From Candidatus Methanomethylicia archaeon (GTDB taxonomy: Archaea; Thermoproteota; Methanomethylicia; Nezhaarchaeales; B40-G2), in contig JAPDJI010000020.1 in the NCBI GenBank assembly GCA_029259155.1, positions 1-64,000 on the forward strand: a stretch of 64,000 nt of DNA, written 5' to 3'. This document shows positions 57,694 through 64,000 of this stretch, in pieces; positions within the stretch are counted from its first letter, which is position 1, and each line of letters starts with the position of its first letter. The translations under genes were made by a program, and so were the position numbers. Under the pieces are notes generated by a model that was not told the origin of the DNA, did no database searches, and worked only from the letters and a program-made list of their open reading frames with translations.

Positions 57694-60416
57694 ATGCCCG
57701 GCCGAGAAGAGGACTATAGGTTAACGTTCTTCTTGGAAAATGGATTTGTACGTAGAAGATGTAGTAGGTGTGGGACCTATTTCTGGACTTTAGACCCTGA
57801 TCGACAGGACTGCGGCGATGCTCCGTGCATGAAGTACATGTTTATAGGCAACCCCCCTCTACGTAAGCCTTACACCCTAGCTGAGATGCGTAAAGCTTTC
57901 TTAAGCTTCTTCGAGAAGCATGGACACACCGTTATCAACCCCTACCCCGTGGTAGCTAGGTGGAGGGAAGACCTTTACTTAACCATAGCTAGCGTAGCTC
58001 TCTTCCAACCCTTCGTAACGGAAGGCGTAGTGCCTCCTCCAGCTAACCCTCTCGTAGTGTCGCAGCCTTGCATAAGGCTCCTGGACATAGACCGTGTAGG
58101 GGCAACCGCTGGGAGACATCTAACCATCTTCGAGATGGGTGGTGCACATGCCTTTAACTATGAGCATGATTGGAAGTATTGGAAGGACCGTACCGTGGAG
58201 CTATGCCACCTCTTCCTGACCGAGGAGCTGGGGCTTAAACCTGAGCTAGTGACCTATAAAGAAGACTTCTGGGAGGGGGGCGGCAACGCTGGGCCTGACG
58301 TTGAAGCTTGTGTTGAAGGACTAGAACTAGCCACGCTAGTTTTCATGACGTACCGTGTGAAAAATGGAACTTACGAAGAAATGCCCGTTAAAGTAGTGGA
58401 TACGGGCTACGGCATAGAGAGGTTTACTTGGGCCTCCACCGGCCATCCTACAGCGTTCCACTCGATCTATGGTTCCTTGCTCGACCGATTCATGGACTCC
58501 CTAGGGGTAAAAGAAGTAATAGACTGGAGGATAGTAGCAGACGCGGTTAAGGAGCTCTCCTCATTACCCGTAGAGGAGGGGTTAAAGCCCGAAGTTAGAG
58601 CTAAAACAGCGGTTAAGCTAGGTGTAGAGGCTAACCAGCTAGAAGCGATGCTCAAGGCAGCGGAGAGAGCCTGCGCGCTGCTTGACCACACCAAATGCTT
58701 GGCCTTCATGTTAACTGACGGCGTAGTGCCATCTAACACTGGTGAAGGATACTTAGCAAGGCTAGTGCTTCGTAGAGCCCTTAGGCTACTTAGGGCTCTA
58801 AAAGTGGAGGTTAGGCTGGGCGACTTAGTAGCCTGGCAACTCGAATACTGGAGCCGAGATTACCCGAGGCTTATGGAAAGAGCCGACATTGTGTTGGAGG
58901 AGGTAGAGCTTGAAGAAAAACGCTATGAAGAGACTTTATCGAGAGGTAGCAGGCTTATTGAACGTAGCTTAAAGGAGCTGGCTAAAGGAGGCGTAGAGGT
59001 GCTCTTAGAGCTCTACGACTCCCATGGCATACCGCCGGAACTCGTCAGTGAAGTAGCGAGGGAAAAGGGCGTAGAGGTGCAGGTTCCAGGAGACTTTTAC
59101 ACCATGGTGGCAAAGCTGCATGAAAAGCCTAAGCTTCAAGCAGAAGTTGCTAAAGTCGATCTATCGGAGCTTCAAGGAATACCTTCCACGAAACTACTAT
59201 TCTACGAGAACCCCTACTTGATGAGGTTTAAGGCCAAAGTACTCAAATGCCCAGCTGGATGGGTGGTCCTCGACGCTACATGCTTCTACCCTGAAGGAGG
59301 AGGGCAGCCCTCGGATCAGGGCTATCTACGCTTCAACGGTAAGGAGGTTCAGGTCGTAGAGGTTGTTAAGGAGGGCGACGTGGTCCTCCATAAGGTGGAA
59401 GGCAAGGTTCCTGAAGGCATAGAGGTGGAAGGCGTTGTAGATGAAAAACGTAGATTAAGCTTGATGAGACATCACACAGCCACCCATATCATCGTAGGAG
59501 CAGCTAGACAGCTCCTAGGAGACCATGTATGGCAAGCCGGCGCTCAGAAAGGAGTAGACCGAAGCAGGATCGATTTAACCTTCCACCGCAGGATCACGAA
59601 AGAGGAGCTAAGGGAGATAGAGAGGATCGCAAACGAGGTAGTGATGAAAGGTCTACCGGTGAAGGCTGAGTTCATGAAGAGGGAGGAAGCCGAAGCCCTT
59701 TACGGCTTAGTTCTATACCAGGGAGGCGTAGTTCCAGGAAGATACATCAGGGTCGTGGACATCGCTGGCTGGAATGCACAGGCATGCGGCGGCACCCACG
59801 TCACCTCTACAGGCGAGGTAGGTCCCATCAAAATTGTGAGAGCATATAGGATACAGGATGGCGTGGAGAGGATCGAGTTCACCGCTGGTCTAAGCGCCTA
59901 GACTACATGCAGCAGACGGAGGAGCAGCTGAGGAAAGTGGCGGAGACTCTTCAAGTACCTACCGAGAAAGTGGTCGAGGCGGTTGAACAAGTTAAGGAAG
60001 AGCTTAAGGTAGCTAGGAAAACCATAGAGAAGTCGAGGGAGAAGCTAGCCTCATACATAGCCTCGTCGCTCTTAGAATCAGCTGAACACGTAGGTAAGGT
60101 TGTCTATGTGGGATATAAGGGGCGCGAGGAAGAGGCTGAGGACTTGATCAAGATAGGAGAGGAGGTTGTTAAGAAGGAGCCTTTAGCCGTATGCGTCCTC
60201 ATCGCAGGGACGGAGAGAGCTTTAGTAGTAGTGATGTCTGGCCCAGAGGCCGTAAAGGTAGGAGCCCACGCAGGTAAGCTAGCACGTATAGCCTCAGAAG
60301 CTCTTGGAGGCAAAGGAGGAGGGAGAGAGAGCCTAGGGCAAGGTGGAGGGCCTAGGCCTGAAAAGGTCGAAGAAGCGTTGAGACAAGTTAAAGAGGCTCT
60401 AGCAGCGCTCAGCTAA
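57694..60416 (+). CDS. alaS: Alanyl-tRNA synthetase, broken by an apparent 1-nt deletion at about 59898 (ORFs 57694-59901 and 59907-60416)
   Basis: GRHLT.FEM, GYGIER, HHTATH and CGGTH editing motifs; C-Ala domain (GGKGGG) continues in the -1 frame as ...SA-LDYMQQ. Confidence 0.9.
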
Positions 60417-60441
60417 TTAAGCTCCTCTCTATCACTAAAGC

Positions 60442-60544
60442 GGGCCCGTAGCGCAGCACGGACACATATGCCGTGAAGCGCGGCGGCCTTCTATACATCG
60501 TTGAGGAAAGCCGTCGGTCCCGGGTTCAAATCCCGGCGGGCCCG
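60442..60544 (+). tRNA. tRNA-Arg(TCT) with two introns (D-loop about 20a/21: 60464-60476; 37/38: 60494-60508)
   Basis: GGGCCCG/CGGGCCC, G73, A20; central helices ACGG/CCGT and CTTC/GAGG with 3-nt bulges. Confidence 0.92.
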
Positions 60545-60718
60545 CATTTAATATTAAAATAGTAATGTAGTATATAGATTTAAGATGTAAGCGGGAGCTT
60601 TTAGCGAGCCGCCTTCTACATTATCAAGTCGTACTAGACTTAATCTCTAAGCCCTATTAGTCCATCAGCATTTACGTAGCCTTAGTTAAACACCCCTGAC
60701 CTGAATCGAAGATCAACG

Positions 60719-61726
60719 TTACACCATGTCTCGAGAGGCTCCTAGCCTCAAATGTTCCCATCCTCTGGGCTCAACGGTCCTCGTGGATCCTTCAACGTAT
60801 ACTTGCACCTTTCGATCCGCAACAGCTTCACCGATTCTTATCAGCTTCCCGCCCGCCTTGTCCACGGCATCAGCAGCCATCGACCAGCTGTCTCGAGCTA
60901 TGGTGACCAGCAGCTCAAACTCTTCGCCTCCATAGAGAGCTAGATCGACAGGGTCGAGGTCAAACTCCTCAGCAAAGATCTGCGCCTCCTCAGCTATGGG
61001 GACCTCTTCCACGACGAAGCCTACACCACTTGCTCTTGAAAGTTCAAATAAGCTGGCAGCTAAGCCATCGCTCGAGTCTATCGAGGCTGTAGCTACGCCT
61101 GTAGAGGCTAGGGCTAAGCCTTCCTTCAACCTAGCCTTAGGCATGGTCAACGACTCCCATAAACTATCACGCAGCTTAGAGCTGCTCGGGGTAAGCTTGC
61201 GCTCATACATGAGGAGAGCTGCCGCCGTCTTCCCGAAGAGGCCTGTGACCGCTAGGATATCTCCAGGCTTAGCTCCACTCCTCGACGTTAGGTTGCCTTC
61301 AACTAACCCCAACGCCGCGACGTCAACTATCACCGTGGAGGCTTCATTTGTGTCCCCGCCCACAATGTAGGCATCGTACTCCCTTGCCCCCGAGTTTAAC
61401 CCTCTCATAAGCTCTAAAGCCTCGTCTAAGCCAAGCTGAGGAGGCAGCCCTAGGGAGGCAAGGATAGTTAAAGGCTTAGCCCCCTTGGCAGCCATGTCGC
61501 TTATACATGACACCACAGCTTTTCGTCCAGCTTGCCAATAGCTCATACCTCTAGGTACGTCGGTATCCCACACCAACATATCACAGGATAAGGCGAGGCG
61601 TACCCCCCTAATCTCCATGGCAGCCACGTCGTCATTATAGGGTAGGAGCATGCCCCCAAACTTATCCAGGGCTCTCACGAACACCTCGATTAAGCGGCGC
61701 TCTCCAAGCTCAGACAGCTTAACCAT
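60719..61726 (-). CDS. thiL: Thiamine-monophosphate kinase
   Basis: LGER.LI, DD.A, SDMAAKGA.P, GGDT, D.SDGL, GGEEFEL. Confidence 0.95.
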   Translation of the reverse strand: MVKLSELGERRLIEVFVRALDKFGGMLLPYNDDVAAMEIRGVRLALSCDMLVWDTDVPRGMSYWQAGRKAVVSCISDMAAKGAKPLTILASLGLPPQLGLDEALELMRGLNSGAREYDAYIVGGDTNEASTVIVDVAALGLVEGNLTSRSGAKPGDILAVTGLFGKTAAALLMYERKLTPSSSKLRDSLWESLTMPKARLKEGLALASTGVATASIDSSDGLAASLFELSRASGVGFVVEEVPIAEEAQIFAEEFDLDPVDLALYGGEEFELLVTIARDSWSMAADAVDKAGGKLIRIGEAVADRKVQVYVEGSTRTVEPRGWEHLRLGASRDMV

Positions 61727-61828
61727 GACCCCTCGATAGTTTAAGGCTATGCTTGACTTAAAAACCTAGTAGCTACCCATACCGCGCAGATGCTCGATGT
61801 CGACTTCACCGACCACAGATAGTGAGCT

Positions 61829-62671
61829 CTAATGTTTAACGCCCATCTTTTCTACGAGGGCCTCAACGTCCTCCTCCGCCTTCTCTCCATGAATAGGCTT
61901 GCCTTCAAGGCAGGCCTCGAAGATCTCAGGGTCATACCTGATGAAGCCAGCAACGTTAACGCCCCTATTCCCTAAGTCCTCCATCAGCTTCAAGGCCACA
62001 TTCTCCGAGGGAACCTTATTGAGGACAACGTAGATGTTCTTGATCCCCGCTTCTGCGGCAAGCCTACTCATCTCTTCAGTTATCCTTATCGACTCGAGGG
62101 AAGGCTCGGTAACGATCACCATGCTGTCTACGTTGGCTTCAACCCCTCTACCGAAATGTTCCAGCCCAGCCTCAGTGTCTACCAACACCACTTCATCGTC
62201 CTTTAAGCGCAGCTTGCCTAGAAACTCCCGGCTTAGAAAACCCATGGGGCAAGCACAGCCTTCCGAGAACCTGTTTATCTTACCTATGAGTAGCAGCTTT
62301 AAGCCGTCATCCTCCACGAGGTAAGGAGGAGAAAGCTCGCTTAGCGAGACCACATCTCGATCAAGGATGTTTACCGAAGACTTCCCTCTCGCTGCGAGGA
62401 AGGTCTTCGGAGACATCTTTCGTTTCAGGCCCTGTCTCCCGCCAGCGAGCTCCATCAAGGGTGTAGGAAGCTGTTTGAAGCCTAGCATCCAGTAGAGGCC
62501 CCTATTCGATTCATCAGCATCCACCACCAACACCTTTAGCCCCCTTTTCCTGAAAGCCTTCGCTAACAAAGCCGTGACCACGCTCTTGCCACAACCCCCC
62601 TTCCCAGACACTGCTATGCGGCCTAGCCTCACCGTTAAGCCCCCCATAGCTTCATAGAGTTTAACCTCCAT
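61829..62671 (-). CDS. cooC: CooC/AcsF-like nickel-insertion ATPase
   Basis: GKGGCGKS, VDAD, GCACP, DTEAGLEHFGRG, NKV. Confidence 0.85.
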   Translation of the reverse strand: MEVKLYEAMGGLTVRLGRIAVSGKGGCGKSVVTALLAKAFRKRGLKVLVVDADESNRGLYWMLGFKQLPTPLMELAGGRQGLKRKMSPKTFLAARGKSSVNILDRDVVSLSELSPPYLVEDDGLKLLLIGKINRFSEGCACPMGFLSREFLGKLRLKDDEVVLVDTEAGLEHFGRGVEANVDSMVIVTEPSLESIRITEEMSRLAAEAGIKNIYVVLNKVPSENVALKLMEDLGNRGVNVAGFIRYDPEIFEACLEGKPIHGEKAEEDVEALVEKMGVKH

Positions 62672-62772
62672 TCCTTTAAAGCGTTACTTAACCATTACAG
62701 CGCATCACCACGGATCGAGGCAAAGTTCCATGGACAGCTTTAAATCCTCGTAGCTGCAAATAACCAGCGTAC

Positions 62773-64000
62773 ATGAAAATCGTCTTAGTAGACGGGTACA
62801 GCGATGAGCCTTCAGGTCTAGGTGTGCCGCCGTACCTAGACGTCTACGCTAGGTATGTGGCAGGCGCAGCGTGGGAACATGACCCCTATAGCGAGGTGTT
62901 TTACTTAACCATAGATCAGGTAAGGGAAAAGCCAGATCTCTACGTTAAGACTGCTTCCAAAGCCGACCTCCTAGTTTTCCTCGCTGGAGTATGTGTGCCA
63001 GGCAAGTACCTAGGCGGGGAGCCCATCAAGCTAGCGGAGCTAAGGAGGTATCCATTGATGGTTGAGGGGCCAGTCAAGGTGCTCGGAGGCCCAGCTGCCA
63101 AGTTCGGTATAGGGGTGGAGGGAGGGAGGGTGGCCAAGCTACCCAGTGAAGTAGCTAATAGTTTCGACTTAGTCGTTAACGGCGATATAGAAGTCGTGGT
63201 ATCAGATCTGCTCAGGGAGAGATTAAACGTAGAGGCCGTGGACCCCTCTAGGGCGAGAAGGAGCTTCAAGGAAGTAGAGGGTAAAGCTGTAAGAGGAGCT
63301 AAAGTAGTTAAACAGCATCCATGCTATGGACGAAACCTCATAGTTGAGCTGGAGACGTATCGAGGGTGTCCTAGATTCCTTGTAGGTGGATGCTCGTTTT
63401 GTATAGAGCCTCTTTACGGACCTCCTGATTTTAGGAAACCTGAAGACGTGGCAGCTGAGGTGGCAGCCCTATATTCGGAGGGCGTAGATAGGTTTAGGGT
63501 AGGTAGACAGCCTGATCTACTATGTTACATGGCCATAGGGGTAGGGGAACAAGAGTACCCTAAGCCTAACTTGAACGCCATAGAGAAGCTGTTCAGAGGT
63601 ATTAGAGCGTCAGCACCTCTCCTTGAAACTCTTCACATCGACAACGTGAACCCAGGAACCATAGCGCACCACCCTGAGGAGGCTGCTGAAGCGCTTAAAA
63701 TCGTGGTCAAGTACCATACGCCAGGCGACGTCGCCGCCATGGGCGTGGAGAGCGTGGACCCCAACGTGATGAAAGCTAACAACTTAAAGGTAGAGGCCGA
63801 GGAGGCATTGAGAGCTGTTGAGCTGGTCAACCGCATTGGTGCTCAGCGAGGCTACAACGGCCTCCCACACCTCTTACCGGGCATCAACTTCGTCTACGGC
63901 TTGATCGGCGAGACCAAGAAGACCTTTGAGTTGAACCTAGAGTTCATGAAGGAAGTCCTACGCAGAAACCTACTCGTCAGGAGGATAAACCTGCGTCAGG
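62773..64000 (+). CDS. Radical SAM protein (COG1031-like), partial (runs off window end)
   Basis: Hand translation MKIVLVDGYSDEPSGLGVPPY...PGKYLGG...ETYRGC.R....CSFC.EP...FRVGRQ. Confidence 0.85.
   Translation, partial: MKIVLVDGYSDEPSGLGVPPYLDVYARYVAGAAWEHDPYSEVFYLTIDQVREKPDLYVKTASKADLLVFLAGVCVPGKYLGGEPIKLAELRRYPLMVEGPVKVLGGPAAKFGIGVEGGRVAKLPSEVANSFDLVVNGDIEVVVSDLLRERLNVEAVDPSRARRSFKEVEGKAVRGAKVVKQHPCYGRNLIVELETYRGCPRFLVGGCSFCIEPLYGPPDFRKPEDVAAEVAALYSEGVDRFRVGRQPDLLCYMAIGVGEQEYPKPNLNAIEKLFRGIRASAPLLETLHIDNVNPGTIAHHPEEAAEALKIVVKYHTPGDVAAMGVESVDPNVMKANNLKVEAEEALRAVELVNRIGAQRGYNGLPHLLPGINFVYGLIGETKKTFELNLEFMKEVLRRNLLVRRINLRQ

Noticed and set aside
60545-60718. Possible box C/D sRNA between tRNA-Arg and thiL
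   Set aside because: No convincing RUGAUGA/CUGA pair with guide spacing on either strand.
170-63836. Numerous 60-210 aa ORFs antisense to or overlapping recognised genes (for example 9849-10355, 15821-16453, 37620-38090, 50580-51101)
   Set aside because: Ser/Thr/Leu-rich shadow frames of well-supported genes, with no family motifs.

Overview
64 kb of a (hyper)thermophilic archaeal chromosome. Reverse gyrase is present, and S30e, a cbf5 intron and non-canonically placed tRNA introns point to the TACK/Thermoproteota group; that placement is an inference. Most of the window is core informational genes: GatDE, RNase P proteins, RNA polymerase subunits, translation factors, many ribosomal proteins, SecY/SecE/FtsY, GluRS and AlaRS, plus six tRNAs. 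There are three small decayed accessory patches: one between rps9 and rpoN, one 3' of tRNA-Gly and one 3' of tRNA-Ala. The main result is seven bulge-helix-bulge (BHB) type introns. Five lie in tRNAs (positions 3/4, about 20a/21, 37/38 twice, 59/60), one is the known crenarchaeal-type cbf5 mRNA intron, and one is a canonical 29-nt BHB intron in infB (aIF5B), directly before the switch-I Thr codon. Removing it at the standard endonuclease cut sites restores a 593-aa protein. I am not aware of a described infB mRNA intron, so this suggests a wider archaeal pre-mRNA splicing system. Also noted: a K-turn covering the rpl7ae Shine-Dalgarno, an inverted rps28e, a 1-nt break in alaS, and a decayed NDT-like/LAGLIDADG-like fusion. 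All calls were made by eye; no searches or folding programs were run.
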